From Clostridiales bacterium (lineage in GTDB: Bacteria; Bacillota; Clostridia; Christensenellales; CAG-138): DNA of 64,000 nucleotides. A program made the position numbers and the translations under genes. Shown in pieces: positions 30,480 through 39,953 of this stretch. Positions within the stretch are counted from its first letter, which is position 1, and the number at the start of each line of letters is the position of its first letter. The stretch spans positions 3,527-67,526 of the forward strand of contig JAILNX010000005.1 in the NCBI GenBank assembly GCA_024691085.1. Direction: 5' to 3'. The notes below the pieces were generated by a model, which saw only the letters and a list, made by a program, of their open reading frames with translations, was not told the origin of the DNA and did not search any database.

Positions 30480-30543
30480 AGCATAATAAGATGACTGCGG
30501 GGCGCCCCCCTGCGCGACGCTGTGCTTTATGGAGGAAGAAACA

Positions 30544-31038
30544 ATGGGTCTGAAGAAATGTCCCAAGTGCGAACTCAACTATATAAAGGATGACGAAAAG
30601 CTCTGCAACGTTTGCAAACGTTCCGCGAAGCACGAGGAGGAGCCCGAGGAGGAGCTCATGTGCATCGAGTGCGGCGAGCATCCCGCCATGAAGGGCAAGG
30701 AGCTCTGTCCCGAGTGCTATAAGGAGAGCCTGCGTCAGCAGAAGCTCCAGAAGCAGCGCTCGGAATCGATCGACGGTATGGATTTCGAGGACGTTGACGA
30801 CGTTTCGGACGTAAGCCTCCCCGACGAGGAGATACCGACCGGCGATATGCCCGACGAGCTTGCGGATGAGTTCGAGGAGGAAATGGACGGTAAGCAGGCC
30901 GAGCCCGAGGAGGGCGAGATCGAGTTCTCGAACGGACTCTCGCTCGAAGCGCTTGAGGAGGACGAGGCGGACGAACCCGCCGATTCCTACGACGACGTTG
31001 ACGACGGCGTGACTCCCGCCAGGATGAAGCGCAAATAA
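30544..31038 (+). CDS. Hypothetical protein with two C4 zinc-ribbon-like modules and a very acidic tail
   Basis: CPKC/CNVC and CIEC/CPEC pairs, D/E-rich C-terminal half, RBS GGAGG. Confidence 0.75.
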   Translation: MGLKKCPKCELNYIKDDEKLCNVCKRSAKHEEEPEEELMCIECGEHPAMKGKELCPECYKESLRQQKLQKQRSESIDGMDFEDVDDVSDVSLPDEEIPTGDMPDELADEFEEEMDGKQAEPEEGEIEFSNGLSLEALEEDEADEPADSYDDVDDGVTPARMKRK

Positions 31039-31058
31039 TCATCTGAATTTTTCACTAT

Positions 31059-31787
31059 ATGAAGATCTTTGCCATAGCCGATTTGCACATGGACGGCGGC
31101 GCGGGCAAACCCATGGACGTCTTCGGACCGAACTGGGCCGGCCACTGCGAGCGCATATTCGGCTCGTGGCAAAGCTGCGTTTTGGACGAAGACGCGGTGC
31201 TCATACCCGGCGATATCAGCTGGGCGATGCGCTTTTATGAAGCGCTTCCCGACCTTATGAGGATAGCGGAGCTTCCGGGCAGGAAGGTGCTCCTTCGGGG
31301 CAATCACGACTTCTGGTGGAGCTCGCCAACGCGCATGCGCTCCGCGCTCCCCGAAAAGATGAGCGTTATCCAGAACGACGCGGTCGATCTCGGCCCCGCC
31401 GTCGTATGCGGCTCAAGGGGCTGGATACTGCCCGCGGACGACGGCTTCTCCGCCGACGACCGCAAGATCTACGAGCGGGAACTCTTAAGGCTGGAGCTTT
31501 CGCTTGCCGCCGCCCAAAGGCTCGCGAAGGGCGAAAAACCGATCATCGCCATGATGCATTTCCCGCCGCTTTTAAAGGACGGCGAGCCCACGGGCTTTTC
31601 AAAAAAGCTCGCGGAGTACGGCGTAAGCGTCTGCGTCTACGGCCATCTGCACGGCGAGGGCGCATGGGGCGCGGGCTTCACGGGCGAGCTCGACGGAACG
31701 CGCTACGAGCTCTGCTCGGCCGACAGCCTCGGGTTCATGCCGAAGCGGATATTCGAAGCGAATGCGGAGGACTGCGGCCATGAATAA
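31059..31787 (+). CDS. Calcineurin-like metallophosphoesterase
   Basis: ADLH, PGDISW, GNHD, GHLH. Confidence 0.9.
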   Translation: MKIFAIADLHMDGGAGKPMDVFGPNWAGHCERIFGSWQSCVLDEDAVLIPGDISWAMRFYEALPDLMRIAELPGRKVLLRGNHDFWWSSPTRMRSALPEKMSVIQNDAVDLGPAVVCGSRGWILPADDGFSADDRKIYERELLRLELSLAAAQRLAKGEKPIIAMMHFPPLLKDGEPTGFSKKLAEYGVSVCVYGHLHGEGAWGAGFTGELDGTRYELCSADSLGFMPKRIFEANAEDCGHE

Positions 31788-32487
31788 TAAGTCAAAGATA
31801 TCGATGATCATATCGGCGGTATTCACCGTCCTGGTCATAGTCCTGATCGTCGGCGCACTTATTCAGGGCAGGTTCTCATCCTGCTCCGAAAAATACGCGA
31901 AGGACAATATCCCCCTCGTCCGGAGCGTGCTCATTGAAAACAAAAAGACCTCGAAAACTCCCGGCAGGCCGGAGAATACGGACAAATACATCGTATTGAG
32001 ATACAAAAAGGACGGGGATACCGTCTCGGGACTCACAAAGGGCTTAAGCCCCTATAAGTCCTGGACCGAGGACGACATCCGGGATATCGAGCTCGTTATT
32101 ATCGTCAGGTCTTCGTATGAGACAAAGACGTACAACGTATCGCAGAACGGCACCTACGGAGGCAGGACGACGATATCGTCGGAATCGGTCACGATAGAAT
32201 TCTATAACACGCTGAACGGAAGAACGTTCGAGACGAGGAAGATCAAGGGCAGCCCGCTTCCCGAAAAGACCTCATCCGGGCGCGATCTTACCGTTTCCGA
32301 CAGTCAGATCAAAAAGGTGATCGACGCCGTGCTGAAAGGCGAGGAGCCGGACGAAGCGGAGACTCCCGCGAAGGAAAGGCCGGACGTGCCCGACTGGGTC
32401 CCCGCCGTCGTCTCGTTCGTCATATTCCCCGGAGTCGTTTTCCTGATAATATTCCTTGTCAAAAGGGCGAAACGGAAAAAGCAGTAA
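31780..32487 (+). CDS. Hypothetical protein with N- and C-terminal TM helices (paralog 1)
   Basis: RBS GGAGG, two TMs, similarity to the next ORF. Confidence 0.7.
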   Translation: MNNKSKISMIISAVFTVLVIVLIVGALIQGRFSSCSEKYAKDNIPLVRSVLIENKKTSKTPGRPENTDKYIVLRYKKDGDTVSGLTKGLSPYKSWTEDDIRDIELVIIVRSSYETKTYNVSQNGTYGGRTTISSESVTIEFYNTLNGRTFETRKIKGSPLPEKTSSGRDLTVSDSQIKKVIDAVLKGEEPDEAETPAKERPDVPDWVPAVVSFVIFPGVVFLIIFLVKRAKRKKQ

Positions 32488-32497
32488 GGAAAACGGT

Positions 32498-33187
32498 ATG
32501 GACGAAAAGAAAAAATATAAGCAGTGGATCGTTATCGGAGCGATCGTGGCAGTAATACTCATCATTGTACTCAGCTCGGTGAAGAAAAGCCGCGAGGAGG
32601 GCCGGCTAAAGGCGAACTGCGATCTTGTCGCGGAGGTGTTCGGCGACAGCATCGGGAACCGCATCAGGAACAAGGGCGTCAATGAGAGCGCGGCTCCCGC
32701 AAACGCAAAGTCTTTCATAATATTCCGCCTCGACAGCGCGGGCAATGTGATAAATTACTTTACCCGCGGGATCAACGCCTCAAAGGAGTGGACGAAGGAG
32801 GAGCTTGATTCGGTCGACTGCATCGTGTTCGCTTTCTACGATCTCGACACGCACACGTACAACGAGACCTCGAACGGCAGAGCTACCGGAAGGACCTCGA
32901 GGGTCACGACCGATAAGTACAAAACGTACTATTACAACCCCGCCGAAGACGCGGTCTTCAAAGCGGAAACCTTGAACAGCGGGGGACTGCCCAGCCAAAC
33001 CACGAATCCGAAGAGCACGAGAGTCACCGACTCCGCGCTGATCGGGAGCGTCAGATCCGCGCTCGGGATATTCTATATCCCGGCCTCCGCATATGCGTGC
33101 GCGGCGGCTGTCGCCGTCATCTGCGGAGTGACGGCGGTATTCATATTCTTCTCGGTAAAGAGGATAAAGGCAAAGAGAGAGCAATAA
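32498..33187 (+). CDS. Hypothetical protein with N- and C-terminal TM helices (paralog 2)
   Basis: Same topology. Shared WT..E, TYN...NG...GRT and LP..T motifs. Confidence 0.7.
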   Translation: MDEKKKYKQWIVIGAIVAVILIIVLSSVKKSREEGRLKANCDLVAEVFGDSIGNRIRNKGVNESAAPANAKSFIIFRLDSAGNVINYFTRGINASKEWTKEELDSVDCIVFAFYDLDTHTYNETSNGRATGRTSRVTTDKYKTYYYNPAEDAVFKAETLNSGGLPSQTTNPKSTRVTDSALIGSVRSALGIFYIPASAYACAAAVAVICGVTAVFIFFSVKRIKAKREQ

Positions 33188-33188
33188 C

Positions 33189-33222
33189 AAAAAGAGCGCC
33201 GTTCAACGAACGGAGCTCTTTT
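33189..33222. terminator. Bidirectional terminator downstream of tsf
   Basis: AAAAGAGCGCCGTTC-AAC-GAACGGAGCTCTTTT. Confidence 0.75.
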
Positions 33223-33235
33223 CATCTGTCTTGAA

Positions 33236-34123
33236 TTATTTCTTCGCGGTCTGAGCGGCAACTTCCTCGGCGAAATTGTCTTCGCGCTTCTGGAGGCCTT
33301 CGCCCATCTCGTAGCGGACGAACCTGATAACGTCGAAGCGGCCGTTGATCATGGTGCGGACGGACTCGTCCTGGTTCTTTACGAAGGGCTGCTCAAGGAG
33401 GCAGACCTCCTTATAGTACTTCTCGATACGGCCTTCGACCATCTTCTCGATGATGGCGGCGGGCTTGGGCTTCGGCTCGTTCATAGCCTGGGCACGGAGG
33501 ACCTCGCGCTCGTGATCGAGCTCGGCCTGGTCGCAGTCGGCCTTGTCGATGCAGGTGGGCTTCGCAGCCGCGATCTGCATGGCGACGTCGTGAACGGCAG
33601 TGCCCTCGGTCTTATCGGAGACCTGGAGGAGAACGCCGATCTTGCCGCCCATGTGGATGTAGGAATCGCAGACGCCCTCGATGCGCTCGAAGCGGCGGAT
33701 GGTGATCTTCTCGCCGATCTTGGCAACGGAGGTGTTGATGAGGTTCTCAACGGTCATGGACTCGTCAAGAGCGTAGGTCTGAGCCATAAGCTCCTCGACC
33801 GTGGCGGGAGCCTTCTTCGCGATGTGCTTCGCGATGTTGCGGGCGAGCTCTTTGAAAGCGTCGGTCTTGGCAACGAAGTCGGTCTCGCAGTTCAGCTCAA
33901 CGATAACGCCGACCTTGCACCCGTCGCAGACGAAGCAGTCGACAACGCCCTCGGCGGCAATGCGCAGGGCCTTCTTTGCGGAAGCGGCAAGGCTCTTCTC
34001 ACGAAGATAGTCCATAGCCTTTTCCATATCGCCGTCGCACTCCTTAAGAGCCTTCTTGCAGTCCATCATGCCGGCGCCGGAGCGCTCGCGCAGAGTCATA
34101 ACGTCTTTAGCGGTGAATTCCAT
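33236..34123 (-). CDS. tsf: Translation elongation factor Ts
   Basis: [26 protein letters not shown]. Confidence 0.98.
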   Translation of the reverse strand: MEFTAKDVMTLRERSGAGMMDCKKALKECDGDMEKAMDYLREKSLAASAKKALRIAAEGVVDCFVCDGCKVGVIVELNCETDFVAKTDAFKELARNIAKHIAKKAPATVEELMAQTYALDESMTVENLINTSVAKIGEKITIRRFERIEGVCDSYIHMGGKIGVLLQVSDKTEGTAVHDVAMQIAAAKPTCIDKADCDQAELDHEREVLRAQAMNEPKPKPAAIIEKMVEGRIEKYYKEVCLLEQPFVKNQDESVRTMINGRFDVIRFVRYEMGEGLQKREDNFAEEVAAQTAKK

Positions 34124-34170
34124 GTTATTTTCTCCTTTTAAAAATGCACTGGTTGCCGAAACGGCCGGAA

Positions 34171-34917
34171 TCAGAAGTTGTCCTCTTCTTCGGCCTTTTC
34201 GATGGTGGTATCGACGGCGTGGTCGGTCATCTGCTCGCCCTGCTTGCCCTCGATAACGGCGTCGGCGATCTTGGCGGCGATCAGCTTGACGGCGCGGATG
34301 GCGTCGTCGTTGCCGGGGATGACGTAATCGACGTCATCGGGATCGCAGTTGGTGTCGACGATGGCGACTATGGGGATGCCGAGGCAGCGGGCTTCCTGAA
34401 CGGCGATGTGCTCCTTCCTGGGGTCGACAACGAACATGCAGCTGGGGAGCTTCTTCATCTCTTTGATACCGCCGAGGTTCTTCTCGAGCTTATCCTGGAT
34501 GTACTTGAGCTTAACGACTTCCTTCTTGGGAAGGAGATCGAAGCTGCCGTCCTCTTCCATCTTCTCGATCTCGCGGAGCTTCGCGATACGGCTCTGGATG
34601 GTCTTGAAGTTGGTGAGGAGGCCGCCCAGCCAGCGCTGGTTCACGTAGAACATCTCGCAGCGCTTGGCTTCCTGCTCGATGGACTCCTGAGCCTGCTTCT
34701 TGGTGCCGACGAAAAGAACGGTGCCGTTGTCCATAGCAACGTCACGAACGAAAGCGTAAGCTTCGTCGATCTTTTTAACGGTCTTCTGAAGGTCGATGAT
34801 GTAGATCCCGTTGCGCTCGGTGAAGATGTACTCGCGCATTTTGGGGTTCCAGCGGCGGGTCTGATGACCGAAATGGACGCCCGCCTCGAGGAGCTGCTTC
34901 ATAGAAATGACTGACAT
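34171..34917 (-). CDS. rpsB: 30S ribosomal protein S2
   Basis: [19 protein letters not shown]. Confidence 0.98.
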   Translation of the reverse strand: MSVISMKQLLEAGVHFGHQTRRWNPKMREYIFTERNGIYIIDLQKTVKKIDEAYAFVRDVAMDNGTVLFVGTKKQAQESIEQEAKRCEMFYVNQRWLGGLLTNFKTIQSRIAKLREIEKMEEDGSFDLLPKKEVVKLKYIQDKLEKNLGGIKEMKKLPSCMFVVDPRKEHIAVQEARCLGIPIVAIVDTNCDPDDVDYVIPGNDDAIRAVKLIAAKIADAVIEGKQGEQMTDHAVDTTIEKAEEEDNF

Positions 34918-35190
34918 AAAAATAACCTCCCGTTAATTTATTCCTCCCCGCGCTTCATCCCCTGAAGGTACCGCGTTTTTCGCGGACGGGCCCCCGGGTC
35001 CGCACGGGTGAGTTTTATGCCAAATGCTATTGTAACACACGGAAAATCAATAAACAAGAGTTCTTTTTGATTTTTTAAAGATATATTTCACGTTTTTTCC
35101 CGTATTTGCTTATTGAACGGCGGCGCGGGATATGATATACTATTTGTGTATGATTATTCCCTGCAGGCATGGGGGAGAAGGAGCGGAAAG

Positions 35191-36078
35191 ATGAAGAAGA
35201 ACAAAAACGTGATAATCAGACTGATAGTCTGCGCGGCGATACTCGCCGTGCTCATCCCATTGGGCTTTCTCACCAAGGTCATAACGCCGGAGAAGCTCGG
35301 GAACATTAAGATCGACGGCGCCGTTATCTGGCGGCTCGCGCTCATGATAATCGGCGTGGTGGCGGTCGAAACGCTGCTCGTAGTGCTGCTCGGGATCCCG
35401 AAGCCCAACAATCACCGCGCGCGTTCCGTGCTGTCCATAATCCAGAGCCTTCTCAAGTACGTCGCGTTCATCGTGATCCTCTGCTGGGGACTTACGATAA
35501 TCGGCGTGAACGTTTCGACCATTGTAGCGAGCGTTGGGATAGTCGCCCTGGTCGTCGGCTTCAGCGCGGAGAGCCTCATCGCGGACGTTGTTACCGGCGC
35601 GTTTATGATATTCGAGAATCAGTATAACGTCGGCGACATAGTCGAGGTCGACGGCTTCCGCGGCACGGTAACTAACATCGGCATCCGCACCACCTGCATT
35701 TCGGATCCGGGCGACAACGTCAAGATCGTCAACAATTCCTCGATGAAGAACATTCTCAACCGTTCCGACAGGGTCTCGCTCGCCGTCAGCGATATCGCGA
35801 TCCCCTACGGCACCGACCTCGAAAAGCTGGAGGAACAGCTCCCCGAGCTCATGGTCAGGATCGCCGCGGCGAATCCCGAGGTCATGAAGGCTCCGCCGAG
35901 GTATCTGGGAGTTCAGAAGCTCGCCGACAGCTCGGTCGTATTGAGATTTGCCGTGAGCGTGGACGAAAAGGATATCTATTCCGGCATGAGGCTTCTGAAC
36001 CACGACCTGCTTTTAGGCTTCAGAAAGCTCGGCGTCGAGTGCCCGTTCCCGCAGGTCGACGTCCATACGGACAAATAA
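35191..36078 (+). CDS. MscS-family mechanosensitive channel
   Basis: FENQYNVGDIVEV...GTVTNIGIRTT, PFPQ. Confidence 0.88.
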   Translation: MKKNKNVIIRLIVCAAILAVLIPLGFLTKVITPEKLGNIKIDGAVIWRLALMIIGVVAVETLLVVLLGIPKPNNHRARSVLSIIQSLLKYVAFIVILCWGLTIIGVNVSTIVASVGIVALVVGFSAESLIADVVTGAFMIFENQYNVGDIVEVDGFRGTVTNIGIRTTCISDPGDNVKIVNNSSMKNILNRSDRVSLAVSDIAIPYGTDLEKLEEQLPELMVRIAAANPEVMKAPPRYLGVQKLADSSVVLRFAVSVDEKDIYSGMRLLNHDLLLGFRKLGVECPFPQVDVHTDK

Positions 36079-36103
36079 GAGCTCCTTTTAAGGAGGTTCA
36101 CGC

Positions 36104-37183
36104 ATGGAATATCTGAAACCGCCGGACGAGTACGCCTCGCCGCCGGAGGAGTTCAAGACGCCGCCGGAGGAGTACGCGCTCCCGGAAAACGAATTTTACG
36201 GACAGAAACCGGTAAAAAGAGCCGCGGAGGAGGATAACCGCCACCGCCGTCTCCTAAGGATGATACTTATCCCGGTCGCCGCTGCGGCAGGTGCGATCGC
36301 GCTGCTTTTCGCGTCGATAGGCTACGATCCCCTCGGAGGGGATTTCCTCGGCGCGCACGCGGATGCGACCGAGACCCCGTCGCCCGACGGCACTCCCGAA
36401 CCGACCGAGCCGCCCATCCACATAGAGACTCCCGAGCCTACAGCGACTCCCGAGCCTACGCCCGTTCCCGAGGGCGACTGGGACGACGCATTCCCCGAGC
36501 TTGACAATTTAGATCCCGACTTCGAGGGCGAATACTCGTGGAGCGGCACAGGCCGCGATAATTCCGAGGAGTACATCAGAGTCATAGAAACGGGGAACGA
36601 AGACTACACGTTCATCGTAATGGGCGGCGCGTGGGCGAAGATGACCGACAGCAACGGCAATCCGAACACGGTTAAGACGGTCGAAGGCCTTTCCTACGAC
36701 AGGGAGACGAACACGCTCACCATGACGGATTTCACGGGCGAGGAGCTGGACGTCAACCTCATGGGCAACGGCTTCACCATCCGCCTCGAGGGCGAAAACC
36801 GGATCGGCAAGATCAGCGTCTGGGGAGCCATGTACGGCGGGAGCCTGACGATAAGAGGCCCCGGCAAGCTGACCGTCACCGGCGCGGGCTCCGCCCCGTC
36901 GATACTCCTTAACGCGGAGTCGTCCGGAAGCTGCCTCATGATAGCCGGCGACGCGACGGTCGATATCTACGGCGAGTACACCATCGCGGTGGTCGACACC
37001 ACTCTTTCGAAGGCGCTTTACTACCTTATGCCCATAGACATGACCGGCGGCACGATGCAGCTCGTCGATACCGACGAGGCGACCGGATACGGACTGTTCA
37101 TGGTGCTCGACGAAAACGGCGAGATATCGCACCACGTCACGTTCACGCCGAGATGGGTGATCGAAGAACCCGACCCCGAATGA
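36104..37183 (+). CDS. Membrane-anchored protein: N-terminal PPEEY repeats, TM, PT linker, beta-helix-like extracellular domain
   Basis: RBS AAGGAGG. GLSYDRETNTLTM and GSLTIRGPGKLTV beta-solenoid-like segments. Confidence 0.7.
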   Translation: MEYLKPPDEYASPPEEFKTPPEEYALPENEFYGQKPVKRAAEEDNRHRRLLRMILIPVAAAAGAIALLFASIGYDPLGGDFLGAHADATETPSPDGTPEPTEPPIHIETPEPTATPEPTPVPEGDWDDAFPELDNLDPDFEGEYSWSGTGRDNSEEYIRVIETGNEDYTFIVMGGAWAKMTDSNGNPNTVKTVEGLSYDRETNTLTMTDFTGEELDVNLMGNGFTIRLEGENRIGKISVWGAMYGGSLTIRGPGKLTVTGAGSAPSILLNAESSGSCLMIAGDATVDIYGEYTIAVVDTTLSKALYYLMPIDMTGGTMQLVDTDEATGYGLFMVLDENGEISHHVTFTPRWVIEEPDPE

Positions 37184-37187
37184 AAAA

Positions 37188-37221
37188 CGAAACGCTCCGC
37201 AAATTAAATGCGGAGCGTTTC
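37188..37221. terminator. Terminator between convergent genes
   Basis: GAAACGCTCCGCA-loop-TGCGGAGCGTTTC. Confidence 0.7.
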
Positions 37222-37226
37222 TTCTG

Positions 37227-37370
37227 TCACACCATGGAGGTTATTCCCTTCCACAGCTTCTTTCCGTCGCGCTTCATTTTCTTTCCGACGACGGGATACA
37301 TGGCGGTCACAGCGACCGTGGCGGCAGTCATGCCGAGCGCCATTCCGGCGGCAAAGCCCCAAAGCTTCAT
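37227..37370 (-). CDS. Small (47 aa) single-TM protein
   Basis: MKLWGFAAGMALGMTAATVAVTAMYPVVGKKMKRDGKKLWK. RBS AGAAGGGG, ends at a terminator. Confidence 0.55.
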   Translation of the reverse strand: MKLWGFAAGMALGMTAATVAVTAMYPVVGKKMKRDGKKLWKGITSMV

Positions 37371-37498
37371 GATCAAAGACCCCCTTCTTTTTTTCATGAA
37401 AAGTATTTGCTTTAAGGGCTTAAAAAATAAGCTGAAAAATATGGAAAAGCATATATGCCCGTGATATAATGAAGTCAAAATACAGACGGAGGAAAAAT

Positions 37499-38056
37499 AT
37501 GGAAAACATCGTACTTAAAACAATGCTCGAAAGAAGCTCGATAAGGGCGTACACCGACGAGAAACTGACCGATGAGGAGCTCTGCGCGCTCGAGCAGGCG
37601 GCGCTCTCCGCGCCCACGGCGATGAACCGCCGCGAGCAGAGGTTCATATTCGTGACCGACGACGGCATGCTCGAAAGGCTCGAGAATGCGATCATGAAGA
37701 GCATAATCGACTCGGGCAATACGGATTTTGCCGAGAGGATAAAGAGCCGCGGAGGAAAGACCACCTACAACGCAAGGCTCATCGTCATAATCGTCAATAA
37801 GCCCGCTCATTTCTCGAGGGTGGACGCGGGCATCGCGGTCGAGAATCTCGCGCTAGCCGCGAAGAGCTTAGGCCTCGACAGCGTCATTCTCGGCATGCCG
37901 GAGGGCGCGTTCGCGGGTGAGTACGGCGAGGCGCTCCGCAGGGAGTTCCGCTTCCCCGAGGGGTACGAGTTCTCCATCGCGATCGGCATCGGCCACAAAG
38001 CGACCGAGAAGGAACCGCACGAGCGGGACCTTGACCATATCATTCACATCGACTGA
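37499..38056 (+). CDS. Nitroreductase family protein
   Basis: RSSIRAY, APTAMN, DAGIAVENLALAAKSLGL. Confidence 0.9.
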   Translation: MENIVLKTMLERSSIRAYTDEKLTDEELCALEQAALSAPTAMNRREQRFIFVTDDGMLERLENAIMKSIIDSGNTDFAERIKSRGGKTTYNARLIVIIVNKPAHFSRVDAGIAVENLALAAKSLGLDSVILGMPEGAFAGEYGEALRREFRFPEGYEFSIAIGIGHKATEKEPHERDLDHIIHID

Positions 38057-39054
38057 CCGCCTAAAAATCCTTTCGGGGAGCGGGAAAATCCGATCCCCGA
38101 TATTTTTTCCGCTTCCGGACCCGCAAGGAGCCTCATGCCGCGGCGCATGCCGAGTATCACGGCGCTCTCGGCGTTGGACGCGCGCTTCACCGGTATCCCG
38201 AGGAGCCGTTCGAGGCTTTCGGGCATAAGGTACATATTCGCTCCGCCGCCGATGAGGGTGACTCCCGTATCGAGAAGATCCGCCGCGGCGTCGGGGTGAA
38301 GATCCCCGATGACCGAGGTGAGGAACGCGGCGAACCTTCGCATGACAGGCTCCGACGCCTCGATGATCTCGCGCGTTCTGACCGCCCGCATGAGCGGCTG
38401 CCCGGTCGCGGAGTCCTTGCCGTGGACGCGAAGCAGGGGGGTCTTAAGCTCTTTTTTTATCTTTTCCGCGGCGTAAAAGCTGATGAGCGTGCTGTGCTCC
38501 ATGGCGAAATGCGCCTGTATGCGGCTGTCGAAAGCGGAGCTTCCGAACGGAGCGCAGGCTCTTTTAAGGACGCCGCCGTTCGCCGTGACTATCGCGCTTA
38601 TGCGGTCGCGGCCTATATTTACTGTCAGATTCGCCTCGGGACTGCCTATGTCGACTCCCGCTCCGATCGCCCCCGCGAGAGCGCCGTCGACGATCCTCGT
38701 TTCGGTAAAGCCCGCCTCGCGCCCGACCTCGAGCGCGGCGGAAAGCTCGGTGGAGCTTACGTCAAAAGGCGACGCTATCCGAAGCCCCGCTCCCGCGAGG
38801 GTGTGCCTTTTTAGCATATCGAGGGAGAATCTCCTAAGCATCAGGGCGCAGAGCGTCACGTTCGCGATCGTGCCGCGCACGGGGTAGACGCTCGTCGCGT
38901 TCAGCAGCTCTCCCGCCTCGCGCCCCACCGCGAGCACGCGGTTCGAGTTCGCGGGGTCGAGAGCGACGCGCGTTTCGTCCGATTTAAGTCTTGTCCTCGA
39001 CGCGAGCCGCGTATAAGAGGAGCCGAGATCCGCCGCAATAATGAATTCAAACAT
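38044..39054 (-). CDS. Divergent MreB/Mbl-like actin-fold protein
   Basis: ADLGSS, LAVGREA, AGAIGAG, AEKIKK, TLIGGGA. Several catalytic motifs are altered. Confidence 0.8.
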   Translation of the reverse strand: MFEFIIAADLGSSYTRLASRTRLKSDETRVALDPANSNRVLAVGREAGELLNATSVYPVRGTIANVTLCALMLRRFSLDMLKRHTLAGAGLRIASPFDVSSTELSAALEVGREAGFTETRIVDGALAGAIGAGVDIGSPEANLTVNIGRDRISAIVTANGGVLKRACAPFGSSAFDSRIQAHFAMEHSTLISFYAAEKIKKELKTPLLRVHGKDSATGQPLMRAVRTREIIEASEPVMRRFAAFLTSVIGDLHPDAAADLLDTGVTLIGGGANMYLMPESLERLLGIPVKRASNAESAVILGMRRGMRLLAGPEAEKISGIGFSRSPKGFLGGQSM

Positions 39055-39058
39055 AAAA

Positions 39059-39117
39059 ATCCTCCGCTCATCGGGTGTTGATAATGATTATTATTCCCGA
39101 AAGCGGAGGATATTTAC
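39059..39117 (-). promoter_or_regulatory. Putative sigmaG/sigmaF-type promoter whose spacer is complementary to the RBS
   Basis: Minus strand GTAAA-N17-AATAATA (GGGAATAATA). 10-bp inverted repeat ATCCTCCGCT/AGCGGAGGAT (39059-68 and 39102-111) covers the SD. Confidence 0.5.
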
Positions 39118-39132
39118 TCAATGCCCAAAAAA

Positions 39133-39732
39133 TCAGAAATGAGGCGTTATGCCGACAGCTTTCAGCATCCGGTAAACGAGATGCACCGGAAGCCCGACGA
39201 CCGAGCTGAAATTGCCTTCGACCCGCTCGACGAACACGGAGAACGCCCCCTGTATGGCGTACGCGCCGGCCTTGTCGAGGGGTTCTCCGGAGGAAACGTA
39301 GGCCTCTATTTCCCGGTCGTCAAGCTCCGTAAAGGTGACGCGCGCGCTGTCCGAATCGACGTACGCCGCGGCGCCGCCCTTTCCGTCTGGAACGATCAGC
39401 GCGACGCCCGTATGCACGGTGTTCGTCCGCCCGCTCTCAGCGCGCAGCATCCTCGCGGCGTCGGACCTTGAGCGCGGCTTTCCGAGTATCTCGCCGTCAA
39501 GCGCGACGACGGTATCCGAGCCGAGCACCGCCGCGTTTTCGCGCCTCGAAACGGGCAGGCTTTCCCATACCGCTTCCGCCTTTAAAAGCGAGAGCTTCCG
39601 GACGAGCTCCGACGGGTCGTCCTCCTTTACCGCGCTCTCGTCGGCTTCGGACTTTATCACGGTAAAATCGTATCCGCAGGAAATCAAAAGGTCGCGCCTT
39701 CTTTCGGATCCGCTCGCAAGTATCAGCTCCAT
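39133..39732 (-). CDS. maf: Maf nucleoside triphosphate pyrophosphatase
   Basis: LILASGSERRRDLL, SDTVV, ILGKP, DKAGAYAIQG. Confidence 0.93.
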   Translation of the reverse strand: MELILASGSERRRDLLISCGYDFTVIKSEADESAVKEDDPSELVRKLSLLKAEAVWESLPVSRRENAAVLGSDTVVALDGEILGKPRSRSDAARMLRAESGRTNTVHTGVALIVPDGKGGAAAYVDSDSARVTFTELDDREIEAYVSSGEPLDKAGAYAIQGAFSVFVERVEGNFSSVVGLPVHLVYRMLKAVGITPHF

Positions 39733-39852
39733 TTTTCACACTCCGGCATCTTGATTCTAAAAGCTATTGTATCATCGGCGGAGGCTTTTTTCAAGCGCGG
39801 GAGGGGGAGGGTGCGGCAAAGAAATATACACGGGTTTTTGCCCGGGAAGCTA

Positions 39853-39881
39853 TTTACACGAAGGAATATTTATGATATCAT
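39853..39881 (+). promoter_or_regulatory. sigmaA-type promoter of the pur operon
   Basis: TTTACA-N17-TATCAT with TG extension. Confidence 0.55.
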
Positions 39882-39953
39882 TTTATCTTGAAAAGGTATT
39901 ACCATTTATGTAAAACCGCATACGAAAAAAGACAAAGGACGGGACGGCAGAAT

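Noticed and set aside
39882-39953. Purine or ZTP riboswitch before the pur operon
   Set aside because: No aptamer core sequences and no terminator in the short leader.
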